Origin: Camelus ferus
Lineage: Eukaryota
DNA: 64,000 nt
Assembly: GCF_009834535.1 (NCBI RefSeq)
Contig: NC_045707.1
Location: forward strand, 59,150,001-59,214,000
Reading direction: 5' to 3'
The notes beneath the pieces are model-generated. The model had not been told where the DNA came from. It did not search any database and worked only from the letters and a program-made list of their open reading frames with translations. Position numbers and translations under genes: made by a program. Every line of letters starts with the position of its first letter. Position 1 is the first letter of the stretch. This document shows positions 26,891 through 39,845 of the stretch, piece by piece.

Positions 26891-27670
26891 CTGTAAAAAT
26901 CAAAGGAAATTTAGTGTTTTTTGCCTGAACAACACATTCAATGTGCAATTGTAGTGCTTCAGTTTGGGATGTAGGGAGTTGGATATTCTGCTTATTTCTT
27001 CCCCGTAATTCAATATGGCATTTCTAATAACACAAATAAATAGTCTCTTTTTTGGACGGAGGGAGAAGACATGGGGGTAGGTGACAGTGGTTCCAGTGAC
27101 AGAGACTATGTTGCAGTTAAGAACATTGTGCATAATTCATGTAATTCCATTTTTAATTTGCAAATGAGCCACAAAATTCCAAATGGGGTGCTCAGAGGGG
27201 AAAGATGAGAAATAATTCAAGATGTATTTTTTAATTCCTTAAGTATTCCATTTCAAATCTCTTAAATCTACATCAGTACCTACTTTATTGATACAGGTTC
27301 TATAAAATGCCTCCATTTAATCAACTGCTTTAATTGACCTTGACACTGATTTGACATAAGGCCTAAATTCCATTCCTCAATGCCTAGAATAAAACTCTCA
27401 TGCATTCACCCTACTCAGAGAGCTGGCAGGTTATTTTTCAATATCATAGCTTAGCGTTAAAGAATTCTTTCACTTAGAGAATGATTCTGTTTATCTAAAC
27501 CACTGAAGAAAACTTTAAAGACTCAAATGTTTCAGATAAGAATAATACAAATGGCAAACAACAAAATGATTTAATTATAGAAATTACTGAATTATTCCTT
27601 TCTTCTCCTTCCCCAAACAATCTAATAAACAAATAAACAAAGGCAAGCAATTTAAAAATATGAGGTGATG

Positions 27671-28509
27671 CCTCACACCAGTCAGAATGGCCATCATACA
27701 AAAGTCCACAAATGACAAATGCTGGAGAAGCTGTGGAGAAAAGGGAACCCTCCTACACTGCTGGTGGGAATGCAGTTTGGTGCAGCCACTGTGGAAAACA
27801 TATGGAGATACCTCAAAAAACTAGGAATAGACTTACCATATGACCCAGTCATCCCGCTCCTGGGCATATATCCAGAAGGAACCCTACTTCAAAATGACAC
27901 CTGCACCCCAGTGTTCACAGCAGCATTATTTACAATAGCCAAGATGGAAACAGCCTAAATGTCCATTGACAGATGACTGAATAAAGAAGAAGTGGTATAT
28001 TTATACAATGGAATACTACTCAGCCATAAAAACCGACAACATAACGCCATTTGCAGCAACATGGATGCCCCTGGAGAATGTCAGTCTAAGTGAAGCCAGA
28101 AAGAGAAAGAAAAATACCATATGAGATCGCTCATATGCGGAATTTAAAAAAACAAAAACAAAAACAAAACAAAACATAAATACAAAACAGAAACAGACTC
28201 ACAGACATAGAATACAAACTTGTGGTTGCCAAGGGGGTGGGGGGTGGGAAGGGACAGACAGATTTTAAAATGTAGAATAGATAAACAAGATTATACTGTA
28301 TAGCACGGGAAATATATACAAGATCTTATGGTAGCTCACAGCAAAAAACAATGTGACAATGAATATATGTATGTTCATGTATAACTGAAAAATTGTGCTC
28401 TACACTGGAATTTGACACAACATTGTAAAATGACTATAACTCAATTTTTTTAAATGTTAAAATAAATAAATAAATAAACAAACAAACAAATAAATAAATA
28501 AATAAAATT
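27671..28509 (+). mobile_element. Young 5'-truncated L1 (ORF2 C-terminus, 3' UTR, (AAAT)/(AAAC) tail) with perfect TSD
   Basis: Peptide [24 protein letters not shown] aaaaatatgaggtgatg at 27654-27670 and 28510-28526. Confidence 0.95.
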
Positions 28510-29939
28510 AAAAATATGAGGTGATGGAGACTGGAAAATTCTGACTGGACAGGTAAAGACGACAGATAGTCTGGAGAAGAAAAAGAGACTTGTCAATATG
28601 TGATAAAATCTGGTCCAGATACTGGGAAGAAAATGGTTACTCAGTTTAGACAAAGGCTCCAGTTTAAAGAGAAGCAACACACAGGGAACCCAAGAAATAG
28701 GGGAAGGTCTCACCCAGAAATGTAAAGCTGGTGTCTTTTGTGCCACTGAGGGGAGGAAAAAAGATATGGCCAGGGCTGGGTGGAAGGTCTTGCTAGGACA
28801 GTGTGACTGAGGACCAGAACTATCACTTCCACGAGGGAGACAATGAGGTTAATGACAGCAGGGAGAAGCAGCCTGTGGCCAACCTACATAAAGTCAGGCA
28901 GTTTGTGGAAACTCCCTCCTGGTGTCCGGCTCCCCTTTCAAGGAAGAAAGGCTTCCCTGCGAGGTACTGTTACCCTGGCCCTAAGTCAGTTGCAGTGGTA
29001 GTAACAGGACCTACTATTTCAAGCAGTATATACATTCCTTGGAAACCATATAGATTCCCTGAATGGCATGTGAGTTACTGAGAAAAGACACCAAGTGTCA
29101 TTTTAACCACTTGAGAGCCAGAGATGATCAAGGACAGCAAAGAGAAGTTGTGAGATGCCCCAAGTCATCAGCATGCATGCCCCTACTTTATATACATTGC
29201 TTCAAAGAAATGGGAGAAATCTTACAGGATCTGGGTTCAAAATAATCCTGTTATAATTTAGGTATGTACTCTTTACCCACCTTAGCAGTCATGAGAGACT
29301 GTCGCATTACTGTGTTCTCCAGTACACACAGACAGAATCTAACATACCCTAATGACTCAGAGACTAAATGCCTAAGTCATCAATATATTGCACACAGAGA
29401 AGCCCATTCAACTCCTTTATGATTCCCAAACCTCATTGCTGCATATATAGTTATTTTAAGTGGTTCATGGGTCATTTTAATCTAGCTTGGTCCTCTCTTG
29501 ATGCAGTTGGTCAATCACACCCTAAGTAAAAAAGATGGGTTATTTTCCAGGCTCCTCTAGGAGCCAAAAGGCCAAGGCATCTTTGTGGCCTGATGGTCAA
29601 ATTTTCAGATGGACACTCACTCCCAATATCTGGTGTTCAATGGAAAGACTATACCTGAACTTCTCTGAGCTTTCTGATCTAAACACAGTCAACTCTCTCA
29701 CTGTTAATGAAGAGGGTGGTATGGAGGCAAATGGTAAAGTTGAAAGTGGGAAAGCCTACTAATAAAATTTCCCAGTACTCTGGGGGTTGAATCACCTTTA
29801 AATCCATGGAGTTTCAGGGAAATGAGGCAGCAATGACTTCTCTATAACGGACAGAGAATTGGGCATGAGTTGCAACTTCTTGGGTGCAAGATGACTCTGG
29901 AACCCGACAGTTTTCTCTGTCACTCTCCAGGCATATCAC

Positions 29940-31600
29940 AGAAACAAGAAGCAGACTGAAGCAGACTTTTCAACAGTAAGAACAGAAACTAGAAGAGAGT
30001 GGGACAGTGCTACATGATTCTAAATGAAAATAACTGTTAATCTAGAATTAGGTACGAATGTATACATTCCCCTGAAAAGGAGGTAAAATAAAGGTATTTC
30101 AGAAAAATAAAACCTTGGCATTAACCATCGATAAACCTTCAATAAAGGAACTTCTGGAAGAAAGCTGAACCAAAAAGGAAAAAGATGCAGAAAGTAATAG
30201 TGATCGAAGAAAATCATAGATGCGCAGGTGAATCTAAACAAATGATAATTGCATAATATAATATCATTAATGATAATTTAGGAGGTAAAAATTCAAGATT
30301 GTTCTTGTGGAATTAGAATACTGGAAAACAATTCCATGGAAATTGAAAGAACGTAATGGAAGTTAAAGTATATAATATTATTCAGAAGGAGCACAGAGAT
30401 ATTGATTAACTTTAGATTTTGTTAAATATGCATGTTAAATATTTAAGGGTGACTATTAAAGAAGAGAATCAAGGTATAACTTCTAAATCAGTACATGAAA
30501 GCATATAATGTAAAAATATCTCAAACATTCCAAAAGAAGGAACTGTAATATTAAAAGAAAAAGCAGAGTAAATTGAAAGATAAACATGTTTATTAAAAAT
30601 AAGTGCAAATATATTCATAATCAAAATGAATATCAAGTAGTTCAATTTATCAGCTAAAAATATATATTTTCAGATTGTTAAATTATCCTACCTATTGTTC
30701 AAAAAGACATATATAAAACATAAGGACTCAGAAATATTAACAAATTTATGAAAATTTAGGTATAGCTATATTACTACCAAGCAAAATAGTATTAAAATTA
30801 TAAAAAGAGACACTGCTAAAGATAAAATGGGATGAGGCAATACAACAATTAGATAGTTAAATTCGCCAGGAAGATATAATATAATATAATAATTCTAAAT
30901 CACTTTGTACTTAATAATACAAACTAAAAAGGTCATAAAGCAAGAAGTGAAAGAATTAAAAAGAGAAATTAACAAAGCTAGGTAAAAATGAGGAAACTGT
31001 ACATACTCGGATGTAGAAAAAATTTAAATCTCTTTCTTAGGAGTTAATAGATCAGCAGACCAAAGATTATACCAAGAGGAAAAAAACTTATGCCCATGTA
31101 TCACACACACAGAGCAGCACTGCAAAAGTTGGAGAATAGATATGTTTAGGAACAAATGGAATGCTTTTGATAATTAATCACATATTAAGCTACAAATTAA
31201 GGCTTAACCAACACAAAAACTCCCACATCAGGGAGTTATGAGTTTGTTGCTCACCCCAAGTATTTTTTATCGTAGTGTCCATGAAAGCATTAACGTAAAA
31301 GAATTCACAAGCACACTAGTGAGGGAAAAAATGGGAGTACCAGTGGACACCCACAGAATTGTATCATTCATATAAAACATTCTATAGTAAAAATATAAAA
31401 ACCTGTATTTGAAGTTTTTAAATTCAAGAGATGCCACTACTTGGAGGTAGTATATGGAGAGTAGGAAGGGGCTTGGGAGACTCAGCTTTATTATAATATT
31501 TTATTTCTTAAAGCTAGTATTTACACAGGTACTTGTTATGTCATTTTTATGCCTTTTTATATGCCTGGGAATTTTATAATCAAAAATAAGCTAACAAATA
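29940..31600 (+). mobile_element. Ancient L1M(C/E)-type relic
   Basis: gcagacttttcaacagtaagaacagaaactagaagagagtgg (ORF1-like), A-rich EN-like segment, tattttatttcttaaagct 3'-UTR-like motif. Confidence 0.6.
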
Positions 31601-31703
31601 AGTAAGTGCCCTGTATATTTCTTACTGTGATAAAATACAATTTGTAACACTTTTTTTTTGTAAAAAGATATACTGTTTCAATTTCTCAAAAATAAACAGA
31701 AAG

Positions 31704-32750
31704 TGGAGGAGGATCAAGATGACCGAGTAGGAGGACATGGAGCTCATATCCCTTCACAAATATATCAAAAATACATCTACATGCAGAAAAACTCTCACAG
31801 AAAACCATCTGGAAACTGGTAGATGATCTCTTATACAACAAAAGCTTCAAAAAAGATCTAAAATTTGGAAAAAGGTAAGGATATCCACTCTCATCACTTC
31901 TATTCATCATAGTGTTGGAAGTCATAGCTACAAAAATTAGACAAGAAAAAGAAACAAAAGGTACCCAAATTGGAAATAAAGAGGTAAAACGTCATTATTT
32001 CCAGATGACATGATACTCTATATAGACTCTACACCAAAACTATTAGAATACATTAATTCAGCAAGGTAGCAAGATGTAAGACTAATATACAGAAATCTTT
32101 TGCACTTCTTTACACTAAAAATAAAAAGAAAGTTAAAAAAAATCCCATTTAAAATTGTATACAAAAAAAAAAAAAAAAAAAAACCACTTAGGAACAAATT
32201 TAACCAAGGCAGTAAAAGACCTGTACAATGAAAATTCTTGATAAAGGAAACTGAAGATGATTCAAAGAAATGGAAATATTTCCCATGCTCTTAGATTGTA
32301 AGAATTAATATTGTTAAAATGGAAAAACTATCCAAAGCAATCTACAGATTTAATGTGAACCTTATCAAAATACCCATGACTTTTTCACAGAACTAGAATA
32401 ATCCTAAAATGTATATGGAGCCAAAAAGACCCAGAATTGTCAAAGCAACCCTGAAGAAAAAGACAAAAGCTAGAGGTATAGCCCTTCCACATCTCAGAAA
32501 ATAGTACAAAGCTACAGTAATCAAAACAGCATGGTACTGGCACAAAAACAGACATATAGATCAATGGAACAGAAAATAGAGTCCAGAAATAAACCCACAC
32601 TACCTACAGTCAATTAATCTAAAACAGAAGAGGCAAGAATATATAATGGAGAAATACAGTTTCTTCTACAAGTAGTGTTGGGAAGCTTGGACAGCTAAAT
32701 GTAAATTAATGAAACTAGAACACTCCTGCACACCACATACAAAAAAATAA
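31704..32750 (+). mobile_element. L1 5' UTR start (31704-~31858) joined directly to ORF2 RT/C-terminal region
   Basis: ggaggaggatcaagatgaccgagtaggaggacatggagctca (L1 5' terminus), then ctattcatcatagtgttggaagtc...tttccagatgacatgatactc (FADDMI-like). Confidence 0.8.
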
Positions 32751-33580
32751 GTCAACTGTCTCACTATTATTTCTATAACCCTACACTGTGCTTTTATAAT
32801 GATGTATTTCTAAAGTTAAATTTTGAGTTGTAATTTCCTATCACCAATTATACACATTATTAGCTCTAATCAGATTGTTATAATGATCTCATAAAATATG
32901 TTGTTCATTAAGAATATTTTTCATTTTAGAAAAATTTTTTAATTTCACGAAAAAGTTTTTTTTTAAATATACTTTTACACATATGTAGCCATACTTGGGA
33001 AGACATGAATATAGTAATTTTCATTTGCTCTGTAAAAAGGAGAAAAAAAGGAAAAATTTTAAAAATTTAAATTAAAAAAATAAAAAGGAATGGAAGATAA
33101 CTTTATATTTAAGGATATAAATAAATTTTTAAAGATGAACCAAAACAATGTAAAAGTAAAATTAGAGATAACCAACCACTGAAAGTACTACATCCTACTT
33201 GAATGTATCAGCAGAAATCTTCCATCATATTTTTCACTAAACTCTACTAATACCAAGTGTTAACAGGGATTTTTGGTGAAAGTTTAGGAAACACTATATA
33301 TTATGTCTCTTCCTGGTCAATCACAAGGTACATTATTACATGAAATGGCTCTGAAAAACAAGCCTGTTTAACTTTGTTTAACTTCAAGCTTTGTAGATTC
33401 ATTTGATTATAAAACCCTTGTTGTAAAGAATGCCTATTAGCAAACTATCAGGATATTAATGTTCCACTGAACACAATTTAGGAAATGTTTCCCTAAATCT
33501 CTATTTCCTAGAGTCACAACTATCTCTGAAATACTTTACATCAAGCGTTTATATTTAGTTTATATAAAGAGTAAGGACAC

Positions 33581-33665
33581 TCGAGCATTCTTCAGGTGAA
33601 ATCCCCCAACGGATTCTTTTTCCTTCCTATGCTTGCTGTCATTTCTGTCGTTAAAGGAGAGTGTT
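33581..33665 (-). pseudogene. Exon: (I)TLSFNDRNDSKHRKEKESVGGFHLKNAR
   Basis: ttctattctatatttag| acceptor and weak donor CGA|gtgtcc. 85 nt, open, phase 2 to 0, matching both neighbours. Confidence 0.62.
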
Positions 33666-33889
33666 CTAAATATAGAATAGAACTTGTTAACCATCAGACC
33701 TTTACTCTTAACTATTTACCAAACATCAGGTATTTTTTATTCAAAATATTTTTGGTTCAATTTTATTTTTCACTGATTACAAAATCAAAACAGAACACTA
33801 ATTAAACACAAAAGACAGGAAGAAAATAAAACTATCTGAAATACAGACATAACCACAGTTAGTCATGGATGTACAATGGACCTAGTTAC

Positions 33890-34003
33890 ATATTTTTTTC
33901 TTTAATGTACTTTTCCAAAGACCTTTGCTCAACTGAAGTGCTCTCTCCTTCTCTTGCTTTCTTTTCTCTCATTCTCTTCTTCTCAAATAATCTGATTTCT
34001 GTC
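33890..34003 (-). pseudogene. Exon: TEIRLFEKKRMREKKAREGESTSVEQRSLEKYIKEKN(I)
   Basis: ttcattagttttag| acceptor and TAT|gtaact donor. 114 nt, open, phase 2/2. Confidence 0.65.
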
Positions 34004-34568
34004 CTAAAACTAATGAATATTAGTCTCTGAAGGTCAAGGTTTTCATGATTTAACACATTGCATCTTAGATGCAATCAATTTAAGTTCATCACGTGGACCA
34101 GGCAGAGTCCAAGGGAAACACCTTCAGTCAGGCTTTAGCACCAGGGTTAATTTTTTTTCCCTTTATCAAAAGAGCATTTTAAGAGCTCCATTGATCAGTA
34201 CTCTAGTCCTTTTATTGACTGTCATAAAAGAGCAGACAGCAATATTTCCATCACTGTTGTGTAGCCTTCATTTCATTCATGCGTTTATACACTCATTTAT
34301 TCATCCACTTAACTAGAAACACCATCCATTTAACTAGAAAATAAAGATTTATGTGCCCTCTTCTAACTAAACTGGATTATACAGCCCTGGGTGTAGCATG
34401 GTAAATGTGTAGGGGAAAAAGTGAGAAGATAACTATTTGAATTTGGCAGTGGCTCTCAAGTAAAACAGCAATTAGAGCCAAATACTATTTCATTAATACT
34501 ATATTTAGTTTAGCAAAGTATTATTTTGTGGAAACAGAAAACACGACTGAAAGTTACACTAAACAGCC

Positions 34569-37209
34569 TCATCCATGAGCAGTCCGCCTGGCACAGAGAC
34601 CTGATGCGAGACATTCCATCTGGGCCCGACCTACACTCTGCTCCAGCGTTTCCAGCCCCCATTCACAGACAGCCCTGCTGGTCCAGTGTCTCTGGGAAAC
34701 ATGCTTATTAGTGACCCCACAGGGAGGCCAGCCAAATTCAGTCCAACAGCAACTCCTAAAATGGATCTGTGGCGTAGCTTCCACCTCTCCCAGCTGTGGT
34801 CCAGAAGGAGTCCAACTCATTCACAGACCCACAAGGAGACACATGTACCTGTGCCTCTGAAGGTAAACCTGCCAGTCTCAGTCCAACTACAGATCCTCAA
34901 ACATCCCTGTAACCCAGCTCCAGCCCTCCCAGTCATGGTCAGAGAGCACTAGCAGGAGATGAGCCCATCTGTGCCTCTACAGCAAGGTATGCAGACCTCA
35001 ACCCCAGCTGTGGACCCAAAGTAGCCCTGGGACTCAGTTCCAGCCCCTCCCAACCATCATCTGGATCCAGTCTTGCCTACTCAGGGAAATAGCCGGTGAC
35101 CTGACAGGAGCCCTCCCAGCTAACCATCAGGACACCACCTGTCTATGCACTGGTAAAAGGCCTGGTATCTAATGATCCAACTGCAGACCCTGAAGTGAAT
35201 CCTTCTCCCAGTGCTACCCTCCTGAATAAGGTCTTGGAGGTAGTCCCATTAACCTAGAGACCACACAGGATCCAGGTGATCCCAAACCCCTTGTAACACA
35301 ACCCTGCCAACCATCAATTCCACTGCAGACTCAACAACAGCTTCATTTAAACCAAATATTAATAGAACTAATGAGAGGAATAAACAGCAATATAATAATA
35401 GTGAGGGAACTCATTATCCATTTTTAACATTGGAAAGATCATCCAGAATGAAAATCAATAAAGAAACAGTGGACTTGAGTAACACTGTGGACCAAATGGA
35501 CCCAATGGACATACACAGAACATTACGTTCAAAAGGACCAGAACATACATTCTTCTCAAGCGCACATGAAACATTCTCCAGGATAGATTATATGTTGGGC
35601 CATAAAGAAAGTCTTAACAAATTTAAGAAGACTGACTGCACATCACAGTGAGCACAATGGTATGAAATTAGAAATCAGGAGCAGGAGGGAAATTCACAGA
35701 TGCAAGGAAACTGAACATCACACTCCTGAACAATTGACAGGTCAAAGAAGAAATCAAAAAGTAAATCAGAAACACAGCACAGCAAAACATATGAAATGAT
35801 GCAAAAGCATTTTTAAGTGGGAAGAGATAAATGCCTATGGTAAAAGAAGAAGTATCTCAAGTAAACAACTAACTTTACACCTCAAGGAACTTGAAAAAGA
35901 CACATAAACTAAGCCCAAAGATAGAAGAAGGAAAGAAATAACAAAGATCATAGCAAATTAAATGAAATAGAGACTAGAAAAGATAATAGGAAAAAAATCA
36001 ATAAACTTAGGGGTTTTTTTTTTTGAAAAGATAAAATTGACAAAATTTTAGCTAGCCTAAGCAAGAAAAAAAAGCAACTCAAATAAATGAAGTTATAAAT
36101 GAAGAAAGATATATTATAACTGATACCACAGAAATGGCTACAAATTATATATCTGATATGGGTTAATATCCAAAATATATAAAGAACTCTTACAGCTTAA
36201 TAGCAAAGAAGCCCCAAATAATGATTTAAAATGGGCAAGTGACCTAAATAGACATTTTTCCAAATAAAACATACAAATGCCCAACAGATACATGAAAAGG
36301 TGCTCAACCTCATTAATCACCAGGGAAATGCAAATCAAAACCACAAGAGGTTATCACTTTAAATCTGTTAGAATAGCTATTATCAAATATACAAGAGGTG
36401 ATAAATGTTTGAGAGGATATGGAGAAAAAGAAACACTTGTGCACTATAGATGGGAAAGTAAAATGGTACAGCCCAAAAGACAGTATGAAGATTCCTCAAC
36501 AAATTAAAAGCAGAACTACCATATGATCCAGCAATTCCACTTCTGAGTATATGTCTGAGGAAATCAAATCACTATATTGAAGAGATATTAACACCCCCTC
36601 CCATGTTTATTGCAGTATTACTTAAAATAGCCAAGACATGGAAACAACCTAAGTGCTGAATGGATGAATGGATTAAGAAACCGTGGTAGATATATACAAT
36701 GGAATATTATTTAGTCATGAAATGGAAGGAAATCCCACCAATTGCAACAGCATCAATGGACCTTGAAGGCATTATGCTAGGTGTAGTAAGTGAGACAGAG
36801 AAAGACAAAAACTACATGATCTTATTTACCTGTGGACTCTACTAAGGCGAAACTCAAGGAAACAAAGAGTAGAGTGGTGGTTCCTAGGAGGTGGGGGTGG
36901 GGAAAATGGGAAGGTGTTGGTCAAACTGATATAAACTTCTAGTTACAATATTAATAAGTTCTGGGGACCTAATGTACAGCATGGTGACTACAGTTAACAA
37001 TACTATTTTGTATACTTGCAATATGTTAGGAGAGTAGATCTCAAATGTCCTCAACACACAAGAAATTACTATATGAGGTGATGGTTGTAACTAACCTTGT
37101 TGGGGTAATTATTTCACAATGTATACGTATCTCAAGTCATCATGTTGTACACCTGAAATTCACACAAGATTATATGCCAATTATATCTCAACAAAGTTAA
37201 GGGAAAAAA
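34569..37209 (+). mobile_element. L1MA9-like element with two large internal deletions
   Basis: C-rich 5'UTR-like repeats (34570-35340), EN peptide FFSSAHETFSRIDYMLGHKESLNKFKK, ORF2 C-terminal peptide [18 protein letters not shown], and 3' UTR. Degenerate TSD gaaagttacactaaacagc / gaaagttatacaaaacatc. Confidence 0.88.
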
Positions 37210-37503
37210 GAAAGTTATACAAAACATCTATAATTTGGGGTAAAAGAATACTTGGTTAAAACTGGCTTAATTTGCAATTTAGAGACTTTCCTACTACTTA
37301 AATATAAAATATGTATCTATAATTCTAGCTTCAGAAATTATCATGTTAGCAACCTTGTTAGATAAATACAGTTTTCAATTATTCTAACCCTTTTATAACA
37401 AAACATTGATTTAAATATCACTTAAACGGGTATAACTCTCAGTAAAAATGGAAATGAGCTTGTGTACAGCATCTGTTTCCCTGAACAGCTGATAATTTTT
37501 TAC

Positions 37504-37566
37504 CTTTTTTAACATGTCAAGTAATCCTCAGTTGCGAACTTTGTAAGTCACAACGCTCGTAGTCTC
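37504..37566 (-). pseudogene. Candidate 63-nt exon (ETTSVVTYKVRN*GLLDMLKK, or GDYERCDLQSSQLRIT*HVKK in another frame)
   Basis: attggcag| acceptor and AAG|gtaaaa donor. A stop occurs in every frame, so the frame is unresolved. Confidence 0.4.
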
Positions 37567-38006
37567 CTGCCAATTAATTGCTTAAAATTTTGTCTTTTAA
37601 TTCCCCCAAACTTAGTCATGGAAACTTTTTATGAGTTTGGAATGGATAATTATTTCCCCCAAAAGATAACAAAGTCAAACATGAATATCATTTTAATATT
37701 GTTTTCAAAAGTAGGGGACTACAGATACGAGAGTTCACATTTGCTTTTGCACTATTTCTTATATGAGTTATGTTCAAGCAATTTCAGAAACGTTTTAAAG
37801 AGGCAAGAAAAAACATAAACATAAATGAAAATCAAAGGGAGAAAAGTTCTAAGTGCAGATGTAAAAAAAAAAAATACCATTTGAAGCCTTCAGGAAAAAG
37901 AAATTGATCTATTTTTAGTGGCTAGGCATTCTTTTTTAGCCACTTGCAGAACTAATGAGCTTAAAAGTTAATCCTCCAGTTTCTTCTAAGTGTTAGCACA
38001 TTTAAC

Positions 38007-38113
38007 CTAATTCACAAAACGTTCTCAGGTCTGAAGCTATGAACAGATCATTAGAGACTCAGTGACTTTTCTTCTTGCTAGTCTGATGGCATTGCGATAA
38101 CCTCCAGTGTCTT
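38007..38113 (-). pseudogene. Exon: (E)DTGGYRNAIRLARRKVTESL..., 3' part disrupted
   Basis: tctgtattatag| acceptor. Phase 1 start matches the 40769 donor. Open for 24 codons, then stops (probable indel). Donor TAG|gttaaa is tentative. Confidence 0.55.
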
Positions 38114-38569
38114 CTATAATACAGATTCCAATTTACAAATGCAATACAAAAACAAAAGCCAGAACAAAAAACAACCTCAGTGTGTTCTATCAATGAAATG
38201 CATGATCAGCTTTGTTTAGAACATATATCAAACAACAGTAAGAAGTAAAATTATAAATAAGTTATTTCTTTAAACTCAACCACAGAATAATTTTATATAT
38301 TGAAAATAAATGAAAAAAAGACTCTTCTTCGCAAAAAAATCAAAAAATGATTTAAGGGGGAAAAACGAGAAGTAAAAGTCTTGTCTTTGACACCAATTCC
38401 ATTATGTTCTCTCTCTCCCTACCCCACACTGCTCCTCCTTTCGTCCAAGTGCAGATTCCCTGCACCCCTCCTCCACTCCAAATCAGTTTATGTCTCAAGA
38501 TTTTCTGGATTCTCTCTTCTCCATCAATTAAGCGTCCCAATTTAAAGTGCCATTTTCTAAATGCGTCAG

Positions 38570-38740
38570 TGTGGTATTTCACCAATGCATCTGAGAATCA
38601 GAAAAATCCAGGTATTTTTTAAAAATATACACAGATCTGGCCTCACCCTAGATGTGCTGAATCCAGATGTCTGGGAATAAGACCCAGTGTTTGAATAGTT
38701 TCCCTAGTGATTCTGATCATCAAGTTTGGGGAGGACCAGG
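38570..38740. mobile_element. MER5-like DNA transposon relic
   Basis: ctggcctcaccctagatgtgctgaatccagatgtctggg...ccctagtgattctgat...aagtttggg. Confidence 0.5.
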
Positions 38741-39349
38741 TCAATCAGCTAAAACAGATGACATATTTAAAAAATAAACTCCGAAGGCAATTAATTGCTA
38801 AATGTACATTCTTCAGTACCTCGTATTTTACCAGGGCATTCAATGGTACAATTCCAAAAGATGGAAATTTTGAGTATTTTTTGGACTTTTTTTTTTACTT
38901 ACTTTACCACTCACCTATAGAGCACCATACTGAACTTTCCCAGTTACTGTACTAGTCAGTAGAGATATGAAAATAAATAAGATGTTGCCTTTGCAACAAT
39001 GGAGCTAGAAGCAGAAGATAATAACAAGAAACAGAATTTTTAAGCACAAAAACAGAAACATGAGCCCAAACTTTGGGAATCAAAGAGAAGAAAATAATGT
39101 CTCCTTGGGGAGTTTGGGAAAATATTATTTTAAAAGGTGACATTTGAGCTGATTAAAAGATGAGTAGTTTAGCAAGTGCACAAAGACAAATATTATTAAA
39201 GAACAGAAAACTTGTGGAAAGTGCAGTCTTCCTGGGCAGTGAATTGTGTATCTACTGAGCAGAGAAAGATGATACCGAAAGAATGATTGAAACTTCACTG
39301 TGAAGGGATTTCAATCCCCTGGTAAATGGTTTACTTCTTAGTCTAAAGA

Positions 39350-39845
39350 TGGATCAGCTAGTATCCATTTGGTTGTAAGGGATAGAAATCTCAAAGAAAA
39401 TTGTCTCAAGGGCTGGGTGAACCAGAAGTTCAAATGATGCCCCGGGGACTTGCCCCCTAACTTCTCTGCTGTCCTTCCCGCTGCTTTTATCTCAGGCGCC
39501 ACCTGGTGGCAAGAAAACTCCCAGAGCGTTAGAGCTACATTCTTTACAGCTACTAATCCAAAAGTGTCCATTTTCCATAGCTCTCTTCTAAATCCCAGGG
39601 TTCTTTCAAGTGGCCAGACAGTTACCAACTGCTCCAGAGTGTCATCTTCCAAGGTTCCACTCTAAGCAGGATAAGAGTATTTCAACTGTAGCTTATAGTA
39701 CACATTCCAAGGGTCAATTTGATTGCACCAGCTTTGTTTACAGTCCAGTCCCCAGCAAATCACTGTGTTGGGAGTTGAGAGAGAACAGCAGGGGGCGGAT
39801 GACAGATCGAGACTGGCCAAATGCCCATCTGAAAACAATCCTGTA
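39350..39845 (-). mobile_element. Old MLT1(J/K)-like MaLR LTR
   Basis: tttggttgtaagggatagaaatctc start; tgattgcaccagctttg...aatcactgtg motifs. Confidence 0.45.
39494..39512 (-). promoter_or_regulatory. Near-consensus CTCF motif TTGCCACCAGGTGGCGCCT
   Basis: Matches the CCASYAGRKGGCRS consensus at all core positions. Confidence 0.55.
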
